A DNA stretch of 64,000 nt from an uncultured delta proteobacterium (GTDB taxonomy: Bacteria; Desulfobacterota; RBG-13-43-22): positions 160,001-224,000 of the forward strand of contig CAWBOS010000012.1 of NCBI GenBank assembly GCA_963790475.1, read 5' to 3'. Both the position numbers and the translations under genes were made by a program. This document shows positions 39,056-51,418 of the stretch, piece by piece. The notes beneath the pieces are model-generated. The model made no database searches and had not been told where the DNA came from. It saw nothing but the letters and a program-made list of their open reading frames with translations. The first letter of the stretch is position 1. Each line of letters starts with the position of its first letter.

Positions 39056-41067
39056 ATGAAGCAGTTTTTCGAAACGGCAGCCATGCAAAATCATCCTCTG
39101 CGTATTCTAAAGACTTTCATGGAACGCGAGGACGCCAACGAGAAAGCCAAAAAATACGAGGATATGCGTTTCGTCGGCTATGTTCTCGATATCGGCTATG
39201 ACACTCTCACTATTATCACATCTGACCCTTTCAAGATTGCCGTCGGGGGGATTCCTCGCAATTCCCTTTTGATCATGGCATCAGCGAAGATAGACTCGCT
39301 CCCTCCGCATTTCACACTGCTCAGGGTTCTCGAATCGGCTCCGACACCGCTGTCACAAGAGGTGCAACAAACCTATTTTGAACTGCAAAAAAAGTCTATG
39401 CCAGAACTGGATGTGTTCACTCAGAGCGAACTTCAGTGGGGGGCCCTTAAGACTGCCGTCTTGGGTATGTTCTATCCCCATCCCGAGAAACTTAACGAGG
39501 TGGAATTTTCTGGTGACCTGAACAACTTCGTCAGCGCCCACAAATACCGTGTCTACGCGCCTTGCGACGATCTACTAAATCTTATTGTTAATACCCTTGT
39601 TCGCTCTGAAGGCCAATTCAAAATCGGCAACCTTCGGCTCACTGAGTGCCGCCTACCGTTACCCGGAAAGCCGGGCCCAAGGGTTGATGTCAACGTCTCG
39701 ACTGTCGACTTCACAGGATGTCGGACCGCTATGTTCGGTAAAACTCGCCTGGGCAAGAGTAACGTCGTGAAGCTGATCGCCCAAAGCCTCATCGAGACCC
39801 AATCCAATGTCGGTCAACTTATTTTTGACATAAATGGGGAATACGCCAACGACAACCCTCAGGACAACAACCGCTCCATAGCAAGCGCCTACCGCTCCCG
39901 CTGTGAGGTCTATGCGCTTACAGCAAAGGCCGCAACACCTTCTCGTCCATTGAAACTCAATTTTTACGAATGTCCTGAGAGTTCACTCCCAATATTGGGT
40001 AGCTTATTGCGTCAACATGGACGTCAGTCTGGCTATATACAGAGCTTTGCCAGTGTTGAATTACCATCCATACAGGAAATTAACGATTTGCCAGTTGGCA
40101 ATGACAAAATAAGGTCGATACGCAAACTTCAGATGTATTGGGCGGTTCTAAAGAAAGCTGGTTTTGATGTAGATCAAATGCGATTGCGCAGAGCGGCTCC
40201 ATCCAGCGGGCGCACAAATGGTTTTAATCCTGCTTTCAGTGCCCAACTCAGAACAGATGCGTATCAGCACGCAGGCACCCAGTTATTAGCGAACATAAAC
40301 ACTCTCGACGATCTCGTCGGAGAACTTGAAGTGATTAGTAGGTTTCGCCGAGACAATTCTACCAGTCCATCACTCACGACTGGAAGCAACAACCCGGTGT
40401 TTCAACCTGACGATGTGGCAATACTGGAGTTTCTTGAGCCAGCACCTGGTCGTTCCGGTACAACGATGATCCAGCCATTTCGAATATACCACGACCGGTC
40501 TGCCGGCGACTTCGTCACAGAGGTACTGGCTTATCTAGACGAAGGGAAAACAGTCATCCTCGACCTCGGTAACGCGAATCCAGAGGTCATGCAATACTTT
40601 TCTGACGAATTATCAAGGGCCGTTTTCAATCATCAAGTAGACAAGTTCAGCAACAACAAACTGGGAAATCATTTCATCCAACTTTACTTCGAGGAGGCCC
40701 ACAACCTTTTTCCTCGAAATGAGGATGTGACTACCATTTACAGCCGCTTTGCCAAAGAGGGAGCGAAGTATCACATCGGTATGGTCTACTCCACCCAGTC
40801 CCCTACTACTATAAACAAGGACCTCCTAGCTCAGACAGAAAACTTCTTCATAGCTCACTTATCATCGCGAGACGAGGTTGCCGCACTGGGCAGACTCAAT
40901 GTCGCTTACGACAGCATGCAAGATGACATTCTGTCCGCAAAGACACCAGGCTATATACGCATGCTAACGCGATCTCATAGGTTTGTCGTGCCAGTCCAGG
41001 TCCTTCTGTTCACTCCACCAAAATCAACCACAGGAGAAAAACGCGGCCGCCCCAGCTGCAGTTTTAA
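39056..41067 (+). CDS. herA: HerA/FtsK-like ATPase (DUF87)
   Basis: N-terminal HAS-barrel-like region, FGKTRLGKS Walker A, IFDINGEY, YFEEAHN Walker B, KEGAK, STQSP; reads into the next gene in this assembly. Confidence 0.85.
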
Positions 41068-41080
41068 GAGGAAAACGCTG

Positions 41081-42390
41081 ATGCCATTTCAGGCAGGCAG
41101 ACGACTACCCGGCGAGAGGGCGAGCAAGATCGGCCACCTTGAGGTGCTGAAAAACCCGCTTGTCCAGAATCTCTGTAAGCAACTCATTGACATCCAGCCT
41201 GACCTTGCCATTCTTGGCGGTCTATGGCAGATATCTCAGATTGAAGAAAAACCTCTCTCCGTTGTCTTTAGCGTAGATGGTTCCTATCAAGTCATCACCA
41301 AAGAAACACCGCCTTACAGTGCTAGAGCCTTCATAAAGACAACTTACTACGCCTCGACCAGCATGCTTTGAATAGAATCGATCACGACGATCCACACCCT
41401 TTTGCTCTTCGAGACATTCTTAGCGATAGTGCCATGCATCACGCTACCGTTTTCCCCCTTCGTCACGTCGAAGTCGCCGGCAAAAATCTTTATGACGCAG
41501 TTCGCGAAATCATCTATATGTCCCTAAAGGAAGATGCTATCCTGGAGTCTCAACCCTATGAGACATTGAAGTGGATCGTTTATAAGAAATGGAATCCAGG
41601 ATTACTAAGCCATATTCCTGACTTTGAATGTCCCCACTGCCAGTGGGGACACGCCACGCTTCCTTATGATGCCGACACCGGCAATTGCCCCAAATGTGGC
41701 AAAGAGATATTGTTGACTGATATGCTAGGTTTCCATCAGGAAATGGCCCCAGATTCAGCTCCCGACACGGTTGCGTCCTCCTATATGGCGATTCATGAAA
41801 CATTAATGCTTTTCACTGGAATCCGGTACTTTTGGGAAGGAAATCGTAATATTCTCAGAAACTGTCTCTTCATTAAGGATGGCCCCTTGTCAATCCGCGC
41901 TCAGTACTCCAAACTTGTTGGCCCTATCCGCCAATTCATTGAATATGCCAGCGCTGCAGGATGCCCCATTCACATCATCGGCCAGGAGAAATCTGGCAGA
42001 TTCTGGGATCATCTATCGCTTATCCGGAATCACGCCCCCTACCCTGCCTATTTTATTCCCGATGATGCCTATATCAAGCAGTGCATCCAACACCGCCCGA
42101 ACCAAGGGTCTCCCTACGGTTTAGACACGAACTATGGCGCAAAGATCTTTCTTAAGCTCAATCCATATCATTCCATGGTCATCAACATCCCCACCGGACC
42201 TCACAAGCCGAATCCCACATGCGGGGACCTCATCGGCTTCGATCGTATATTATCAACTCTCCCGTCGCTTCTCAGCAACCGCTACGAAGGCGCCTTGGTG
42301 CCAGTCGAAATGGCCAACGGAGTAGCGTCACTCTCGACGTACCCATCAGCTAAAATACTCAATATGTTTGCAGAGCGAATGAACGATTGA
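41081..42390 (+). CDS. nurA: NurA-like nuclease with Zn-ribbon insert, frameshifted near 41342
   Basis: AAGAGG + ATG at 41081; VFSVDGS, IKDGPL, IGQEKSG, CPHC/CPKC, LVPVEMANG. Confidence 0.78.
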
Positions 42391-42733
42391 CTGCGATGCT
42401 GTCTCAGATAGATGATAAACGTAAAGAGTCTTATTCGATGCATTGATGCCATTACCGCAAGCGCGGGGCCTTAGAAGCCTCAATGAAGATGTTCGGGGAT
42501 TGAAGTATAATGGAGGGTGGGATCATCCGAATGGATTGAAGTCACGGAGTGATTTTATGTTCCAACTTGATGAAGAGAAAGCAGGACTGATTGACAAATA
42601 TTTAATTATATGATAACCATCATTGCCAAATAAAAATAATTCATCTAACTTTTTTTCTAAACGAAGTTATTTAATTTAATACATAAAAATAGGGATGTTA
42701 AACGGTAAAGATCTTCTTAGGTAGATAACATAT

Positions 42734-44046
42734 ATGAGAATCCGAGATGCGATTAGCGGAGATATTGTTCTTGACGATCTCCAGGAATACTGTGTTCGTC
42801 AACCTACCTTTCAACGACTGCATCGGATAAAGCAACTAGGCAACACCTTTCATGTCTATCCCACAGCGACGCACACCCGCTTTGAACACTCACTTGGCGT
42901 TTGTCATCAAATAAAGAGGTTACTATCTCAGCTAGATTTTTTTCCAAAAGATTATAAACTTCAACCTCCAGAATCTAATAAACTTATCGAATTGGCTGGC
43001 TTACTTCATGATATAATACACACTCCTTTTAAACACACATTGGATCGTGACTCAGGGGTTCTCCAGAACCAACCTTAAGGGATGAATATCTAAGCTGAGA
43101 TTTGACCAAATGCAACTTGAAAAAATCTTGTCAACTGATGACGTCAGAATTTCTCTTAAATATTTTATCAACTGAGAATTCATTCGACTTAGAAAAGCCG
43201 TATCTAAGACAAATCATCGAAGATACAATCTCTGCAGATCTTTTGGATTATAGCCGAAGAGATGCTTATTTTACCAGTGGCTGGGGCCGACAATGGGATG
43301 ACAGGTTATATGACCATATTGCCGTTGCGCTATGTAACTTTAAACCATGCCTTGTTGCAAGAATTTCATTTGCCAATGAAAAAGTAACCAGCGCGATAAC
43401 TGAACTGATAAATCTTTTTCAAATAAGGTATATGCTTAACGAACGCGTTTATTTTTACCCAACTAAAATTGCCGCTGACGCTTTATTGGTGAAAAGTGTA
43501 CGTTGTCTGATTAAAGATGAGGAACCTGAGATCTTTCAAAAAAAGATAAAGGATTTTTCGGACGAGGAATTAATTAATTTTCTCATCGCAAATACACCAC
43601 CAGAGATCCCAAATTATGCCCAATTATTAAAAGATCGTAATTTACCAGGCCTAGCGGAAAGTTTTGCTCTTTCAGATCTTCCACAGCCTCAAATAGAGAA
43701 TGTATCTTTGTGTTGTCGTGGCCATAATCGGCTAGTAGATTGGCAAAGATGTGAGGATGCAATTGCTGAAAAAGCTGGCGTCAGTTCTGACAAAATAATT
43801 GTTTATTGCCATGATATTGCGATGCAGAAGAAGAAACCTGATTTTTTAGTCCAAGCCAGTCGTGACTCTGAGCCATATCCTGTAGCAAAATATGAAGCTA
43901 TGATGGGTGAAATCGAAAATATCGCCAAAAAACACGAGAATCTTTGGCGTTGTTATGTCTTTTCCATGGACAGATCTCCAAATATAATTGACAAAGTGAA
44001 GCTATCGGCTAAAAACGTCCTTATGGCTCTTAAGCCAAACAAATAA
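42734..44046 (+). CDS. HD-domain phosphohydrolase (SAMHD1/dNTP triphosphohydrolase-like), split near 43080
   Basis: FQRLHRIKQLG, HTRFEHSLGV, LLHDIIH.PF.H, ADLLDYSRRD, VYF. Confidence 0.82.
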
Positions 44047-44076
44047 GGGAACTCTCTTGATAACGGGAGGTATCCA

Positions 44077-44523
44077 ATGGAAGTAAATATTCCTAGCTCA
44101 TTAACAACTATTCGATTTTTAGAGCTTACCCTTCTGGCCCTCGCAGCAGTCGGGGCTTGCGGGGCTGCTCTATTCACTTGGAGAGCCGCAAGAGCGACCG
44201 CCAAAGCTAATAGAGGACAAACAATACTAATGTGCTTGGATAAGTATATTTCCATAATGAGAGACAAAAGCGAAGCTATCAAAGCAAAAGAGGAACGGCT
44301 TGCTAAAGATTTTTATCGGGAATTATTTGACCTTCATTGGAGTGAATTTCATCTTTGGCACGAAGGAGCAATTCCAAATTCCGTAATGAGTCCCTGGATA
44401 AACAGTCAGGAGCAAAAAACTTTAATTAGGAATGATATAGAACGTAGGTCAAAGAAGGAAACAATATTCAAATTTCTTATGCAAGTAGTTGGAGCGAACT
44501 TAAAGGCGAGATATTTTCAATGA
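44077..44523 (+). CDS. Hypothetical protein with N-terminal transmembrane helix
   Basis: GGAGG RBS; hydrophobic LELTLLALAAVGACGAALFTW. Confidence 0.55.
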   Translation: MEVNIPSSLTTIRFLELTLLALAAVGACGAALFTWRAARATAKANRGQTILMCLDKYISIMRDKSEAIKAKEERLAKDFYRELFDLHWSEFHLWHEGAIPNSVMSPWINSQEQKTLIRNDIERRSKKETIFKFLMQVVGANLKARYFQ

Positions 44524-47458
44524 AACTGATTTTTTGTTAATTTCACTGGACACAATCCATATTCGGAAGACATTGTGAATATAAGAAAACTTAAAAGAAA
44601 GACTAAAAGGAATAAAGATGTATGATTACAAAATACATGCTGCACCGCTTTTTTATAGCCGATCAGAATTCGCAATGTGTCTCGAGTTAATTCATTACTT
44701 CTTGCAACTCCCCCTAATGTCGCACTATCACTTCTTGCTCACTAACCACGCAAGGCACATCTCTGCAAGAGCACAACAATCCTCCCAAACTGAATGTTCC
44801 AACAACACATCCATATTCAATTCCACTACACCCTGCCCATGCAAATATTGTGCATACTCAACTCACCCTATGTAGATTGAGCATATTGCTTGAAAATGGG
44901 ATATGCTTTTGTCATACAAACCTATTCTAACATATCAGAAGTGATTTGCTACATCCCTGAACATAATGGGGTCAATCTAATGATTGCTAAAGCTGTTCTC
45001 ATTAATGCTGTGGTTACCCACAAACCAAATCAAAGCTGGAATAAAAACTCCCCATTTATGATTATTATTAGATTAAAAACAAATCTTCCTTCACAAATTT
45101 TTTATTCTTCTTTTACTATTATTTTCGTTTTATAGAATTATTCTGAAGCATCTGATGGTGTTTCATAATGATGAAAAAGCTAAGATAAACAATTATCATT
45201 ATTTAGGTACATACCTTTCAGGATTAATACCTCTCAACTTTAGCACAATCATCAGCAGATTTCAAGCATGTTCCTCTTCACAACACAAAGTACAATATTT
45301 TCCAAGAAACATGAAGTTCATTGCTGGAACTCAACTTGCTAAATTATTGGGAAGAGCTTTACATCATTTCATCATCCATCTTCTATCAAATGCATAGAAT
45401 GAACGGAAAAAGCAATTCGGATCCTTGAAGAAGAATGGAATCATTTGAAAAATATTTTCCATTAATAATCAAAATTATCATGATATCTTGATCGAGGCCT
45501 TTGATCATATTCTCATGAATGCTCTATCAACATATGAGAAACGAAACAACCCCACCGTATATTCATTTTAAGACGACTTTCGATAATTTTATTCGAACCG
45601 GACGAGTTCACTGCGTAGAAGAGACAAGTAGGTGATTTGATAATTCATTTTAAGCTTGATCCCTTGCAGTCTGAAAAACTATCACACTTCTCAAAGTCAT
45701 AGATTTTTACAACTATATACATCCTATTATGTTGCCATCAAGCATCTATGCACCAGGCTTCCCTTTACTTGCCTATTTTCTTTTTGGATCGTTCTTTTGA
45801 GTATAACGGAAAGAAACGATGAACGAATTCAATGGGAGTGAGGGAAATTCGAAGTTGGAATGAGAAGGAAAGGGATAAGAATGATTGGAAATAAAACATA
45901 CTTTTTGTCTGAACATGTAATGTACGAAATGTTATCGATTATCTACCGATTTTGCAAAAAAATATTAATGGCTGTAGCGATTAAATTAATAGGATCTATT
46001 TTTTAATCAAATAAAATAAGGACAACATCATCATTGATTTTGAAATAGCGGGTCGTCTTATCCACTATATCCTCATCATATACAATCTTCGCTGATTTCT
46101 TTATCAAACGCTGCCGGGAGAAGAAGTTGGCGGTGCCAGAAAACAACCTGATAGGATATTTTTTTTATTAAGAACGAATTCCAATCTTTTAATGAATCGG
46201 AGTCACCTTCGTTTTATTACCTTAAATAAAAATATAGAAATTCCCCTTCTACAATTCGATATCACAAAAAGAAGACAGGGAACTACTTTGATTAACAATA
46301 TTCTTTAAAAAGTCATATGGAATATATACCCGCCCGACTTCTTCCTATTCATAACTGCCAATATGATAGGCATATCAAAACTTATGATCAACGAATTACT
46401 TTTAAAAAGATGCAGTTGAAGGAGTTTTCAACCTTCTGGATATGCTCCTTGTTTTATCCATTCATCATTATTAAAATCATCCATAGAGGGCTGTTTTTTC
46501 AAGTCTCTCTATACAATATTTCTATAACCAAAAATAAATAGTCACGTTTTCTCAAGGAGATAAAATATCTGTAAAAAGGGTACATTGGGAAGTAATAGGA
46601 TCCAACTGATGAATTAAAAGTAATGCTTCACTTCCAGCTCAACGAGTTGAACGGCTTACGTAATATAAATATTAAATATGATGCTCAGAGGACATTTCTG
46701 GTTAATAGAGTTATAGGTAAAGTAATAGAAGTTGATGATAGGAGTATTAAGATCAAGCTCCCTTCAAAGCACTTAGGCGCGGTGTTACTCATTGTGATTT
46801 CCTCAATAAAAAGAAAACCTCGAATTCTATGGGTGAATTTCGTCTAATTTAGGAGTACAGGCACGTAGCGATTAAATTGGGGGAAGGAAACTTCAAATTC
46901 ATATTTTGGATTATTTTCTCTGCTTTCCTTAAAATTTTCTCATCTACCTTAAAATTATTACCATCTTTTAATAGTAAAAGATTTATCTTGTCGATTCACT
47001 CCTTCGTGAATTGATCTTATTAATAGTGCAAACCTTCCTCATCACATCAATTAACCCAATGAAATTTACTTGAGTTATCTGGTACGTTACACTCTTCCAA
47101 TCTTATTGTAATTTTAAAAAATTATTATCTTCTAATTTTTCGACTTCCAAATATTTAGGGTGAGCTTATTTCTTTTTGTAGGAAATCCCTCTTTTATTGG
47201 GAAAATTAGATAGGCAAATAAGAGAAGTCAGATTGTTTAATTGCTTTCCAGATAACTGGCTCCCATAGTTCACCTGGAAGAATATCTTTTTGTTCATCCC
47301 AGGCTTAAAAGTATGGCTTTTTATTTAGCAAAAAGTCAATACAACCTCGACTCTGTCTATATCTTCGGAGGCATAACTTAGAAAGATCCTTATATTTTCA
47401 TCCATTTTATTAAACCGAGTGTTGCTGGCAAAGAAGGGAACCCGATAGTGATTTATTA

Positions 47459-48433
47459 TTATTTCACACTCTTTGTATTTTCAAACCTGAACTTACTGGC
47501 CTTTAAATATTCTTCTATACTTTCCATCGCAATCCATCGTCTATTCAAACTTTCAGCAGTAGCCCCGGTGGTGTTTGACCCGGCAAAAGGATCAAGCACC
47601 ACATCATATTCATCAGAAAGCAATTTGATAAAAAATTCAGGTAAAACAGCAGGAAATCTGGCAGGGTGGATCTTTATCCCGGCCTCTTTGCATTTGATGG
47701 TATAAGGGTCATTGGCTGCATTATTACCGAATCTGAGCAGGTCCGGGGCGGTTTCATCCTCAAAAAAGTTGGCGGGAATAGAGCCGCCGGCGTCAACCTT
47801 ATCAAAGGTTGATCTAATGTTGTGACCGGATGGACGGACGGTTGCGCGGACACCCCGTTGATTTAACCGCATCATGTCCTTGCTGTAAGGCTTCAGCACG
47901 TTCCGGTTATTTGCCTTTGGCCAGGGGGTTTTGGAAAACCACCAGACATACTCCACTGAATCTTTGATGCGAATCCGGCGTACCGTTACCCATTCGGCCG
48001 GCATGGGCATTTTGGCGGGGTTATACCAGAAACATTCCTGCGCCAAATGGAAGCCAACCTCTTCAACAAGGGCAATCAGCAGCTTGAAGTGGTATATGGA
48101 CCGGGTAGGCTCCCCCCGGTTATAGCTTCCTCCTATATTCAGAACAAAGCTTCCATCCTCCCGGAGTATCCTTAAAATCTCCTTTGCAAAGGGGATAAAC
48201 CATGATACATAATCAGATTTTGATACGTTTCCATACTCTTTTTTGAAGTGAAGGGCATAAGGAGGGGAAGTAATCACCATATTGATAGAACCGTCCGGAA
48301 TCCGCCTCATTATCTCTAAGGAATCGCCCCAATAGGCGGCCCCGAAATCGGTTGCATAATAGGGCTTGATATCTGCAATCAGTTCGCGGAAATTTTGCTT
48401 CCTAGCCAAATGATTGAAAATGGAAGTTTGCAT
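47459..48433 (-). CDS. Site-specific DNA methyltransferase (N4-cytosine, beta class)
   Basis: ITSPPY catalytic motif before HPARFP and [11 protein letters not shown]. Confidence 0.92.
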   Translation of the reverse strand: MQTSIFNHLARKQNFRELIADIKPYYATDFGAAYWGDSLEIMRRIPDGSINMVITSPPYALHFKKEYGNVSKSDYVSWFIPFAKEILRILREDGSFVLNIGGSYNRGEPTRSIYHFKLLIALVEEVGFHLAQECFWYNPAKMPMPAEWVTVRRIRIKDSVEYVWWFSKTPWPKANNRNVLKPYSKDMMRLNQRGVRATVRPSGHNIRSTFDKVDAGGSIPANFFEDETAPDLLRFGNNAANDPYTIKCKEAGIKIHPARFPAVLPEFFIKLLSDEYDVVLDPFAGSNTTGATAESLNRRWIAMESIEEYLKASKFRFENTKSVK

Positions 48434-48497
48434 ATGGTCCTCTTTATTTATATTAACACAAAAAACGACAAGATAAAAATATCATATTGGGTTTACA

Positions 48498-48716
48498 TTG
48501 TCAACCAATTTAATTCAAAAAAATATTGACCTCTCCCAGTGGGTATCACAGGCGGAGGCGGCCAGACTGAGGGGCGTTACACGTCAGGCGATTGCCAAGC
48601 TGTGTAGAAAAGGTAAATTAAAAACTCTGGAAATGGGGGATATTCGTTCGTCAACAAGCAGGAAATCCTTGAATTCAAGGATGGGCCGGCGGGCGTCCAA
48701 GAACAAAACATGGTGA
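48498..48716 (+). CDS. Small HTH DNA-binding protein (controller-like), probably frameshifted at the 3' end
   Basis: WVSQAEAARLRGVTRQAIAKL; divergent from the MTase gene. Confidence 0.65.
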   Translation: MSTNLIQKNIDLSQWVSQAEAARLRGVTRQAIAKLCRKGKLKTLEMGDIRSSTSRKSLNSRMGRRASKNKTW

Positions 48717-49396
48717 ATCTACAGGAAATCAAGCGATCTGATAAATGATTGCAGTGATGACCAATGTAGTGAATTACTGCAGTATATCAGGGCCAGGGTA
48801 ACATCCACCCCCTTGAGACAAAACTTGGATGCAAGGCCGAGATCATTCTTGAGGCCATTTCAAGAGCCAGCGACCTCACCTTAAGGGGTATACGTGGTAT
48901 TATTGCTGAAGCGGCCTTCAAAAAAGATGTACTTGAAAGCCTGGCAGGCTGGGAGGATATAAGTACGGAAGGCGATCAGCCCTATGATTTCATTATTCAA
49001 GACAGTATTGGCGCTATCAGAATTCAGGTCAAGATGCAGCGGCAGAAAAACCAACGCCCCATGACCGCAAAAGAAGGCTACAGAATTTTTTCGGCCGATA
49101 AATGGGTCGTTGAGACCCAAAAGACCAGGGGCGGATTAAAAAAGGGCGTAGATACAAGACCATACAGGTTTGATGAGTTTGACATCCTGGCCGTGTCCAT
49201 GCATCCCTCAACAGGAAAGTGGAGCGATTTCATGTATGTTCCATCCAGGTGGCTTTTGCCGAGGAGCGAAAAGGCAAACCTGATCATGAAGTTTCAGCCG
49301 GTGTCAAAACAGGCCGATGCAGATTGGACGGACAACATCCTAACGTGTATTAAACGGTATCGCAGCAATAAACGAAAAACCATTTCGGAGAAGTAA
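48710..49396 (+). CDS. PD-(D/E)xK restriction-endonuclease-like protein, frameshifted
   Basis: Manual reading: EIILEAISRASDLTLRGIRGIIAEAAF...PYDFIIQD..IRIQVKMQR...VETQKTRGG...FDILAV. Confidence 0.65.
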
Positions 49397-50744
49397 AAAT
49401 CGAAAAATGCTAAGACGGGACAGCCGGTCACTGGGGAAAAAATCTTTTACCTTTGCATTCTGCTCAGTTGATCCGAATTGACCGTATGGGTTGGACATGG
49501 GAGGGGTGGCTCTGGTGCAAAAGCAACTTCACATTTATCCCTATCCCAAATGATTTTGATTTGTACAACAGGTGATGGGAATGGGCTCGCAATCCCGTTC
49601 AATGGGCAATTTGGTCAGTTTTACAAATCTCCCTTGCCTGATTTCTTTCTCTCTGGCCTCACAATTTTATTGAGAAATTTTTCATCATGCTCCATTTCAT
49701 AGTCGAACCAATCCTCTTCGTCATGAAATCCAATGCAGGCAGAAATTAATTCGCACCATAATGGAAAATAAGAAACCAGTTTTAGAAGGAATTTATTGGG
49801 CCTGGCTTCATCCCTTTTGCTGCCTGATTGGGCGAGGCCTAAGCTGCCCTTTTCAAGCTGATCCGCATACCTGCCTTAGTTGCGAGCACAATGAGCATCT
49901 CCTGAGACTCGAATTTCTCCATTTCCCCCTTATTATGTCAAGCTGAGACACGAGATTGGCTGACTTCTAAAATTTTTGCCGCTTCAACCTGCGTCGAGCT
50001 TCTTGCTCTGGAGAAATTGACGAAGATCAGTCATTATCTCGGCAAACCCATTGAAGAATTGCGGCTTCTTCGGGAGGAATCCTGAAATCCGAAAGTAATT
50101 GCCGGAAGATTTAACAATTGACTTTTTCATATCTAACCTCTTCCACATTGAACGGCATATAGTTCAAAGCCGGCAGCTCTGCGGGCTTCGTCGGAAAATT
50201 ATGAAGATCGTCCAGACTCGTGCCAACGAAGTTTAGGAGTTTCATATTTAATGATTATATTATATAAGTTTTTATATATTTGACAAGTAAAAATTGTCGT
50301 CAAAACAAAATTTGTGAGACAAGGGGACGATGTTCACGGGATTCAGTAACTTTTTTCTTTTTGGCACAGATGAGGAGACGCTGATGGTGAGACAACTCGA
50401 TTCAATCGTATAGCGGATTTTGATTACAGGCAAAAACTGACAGCCTTCTCTCGCCTGTTCCTTTGGTCACTCGAGGCCCTTAGAGTTCTCAGAGAGGGAC
50501 TTTATTCTTCAGGTAAATCGTTGAGTGGGCCGATTTACCGTGATCCCGCTGCCCTGCGGGGCAAATTCGCCGAATGGCGACAACTGGCTTTCATCGCCCG
50601 CCTCTCACCGGCAATGAAAAAATAAGTGCTTCTCCGTGTCCTCTGCGCGCTCTGTGAGAAACACAAGTTTTTGTCCAGCTTTTGTCTGTGTGGGTCTGTG
50701 GGGAAAAAGTATTTATAATAAACAGCTGAAGTATTACGATCGGT

Positions 50745-51418
50745 CTAATCTCCTGAGGGGTAAAAGAGACTTGCCGGCTTCAGCTTCTCCTGGAAGGAAG
50801 GCAACTTCCAGCATATCTTAGGTTCCACGAATAAGGCTTTATAGCCTTCCATATAAATATAAAACAATTTCGAACCGGGGGTATCCCCGGCGTTTCCCCA
50901 AAAAAGCATAAAATAAACCAGGACAGCAAAAATCATAAGAACCGAGACCGGGCCGGAGGTGAGTATTCGAATGACTCCATTTTTCTTCTTGTCACGCCAT
51001 CTCCAGAATAATTCGCCAAGGCAAAGAGACAAGAGCTGGAAGCACGAAAAGTCCTACCGGTGCCGGGCCGAGGGCGTAATAAAAGGATTCGCCCCAGGTA
51101 AAGAAGGCGCTGACCCGCCAGATTTCTTTTAAAGTCCAGGCCAGGGGCACTATTAAAGCCCAAAAAATTCTTTCTATGGTGGAAGCGCCCCGAACATACA
51201 GGAGGCTATAGACAATCAGGCTGCTGAAGATGAGGGTAAAACCCAGCATCGAGTAGAGGATGTCGGCCGCAGTCCGATAGACCTGACCGCTGCCAAACCA
51301 CTCCAGATGGCTGGTCAGAAAATTCAGCACCACCCAGACCCCCAGGGCGATTCCCACCGGTAAGAGCACCCTTCGGCTGAAGGGCTGTCTTTCCTTCTTC
51401 TCTGCTGATCTCAGCCAT
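50745..51418 (-). CDS. Hypothetical membrane protein (frameshifted)
   Basis: Several hydrophobic segments spread over 2-3 frames; overlaps the sulfatase stop. Confidence 0.5.
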
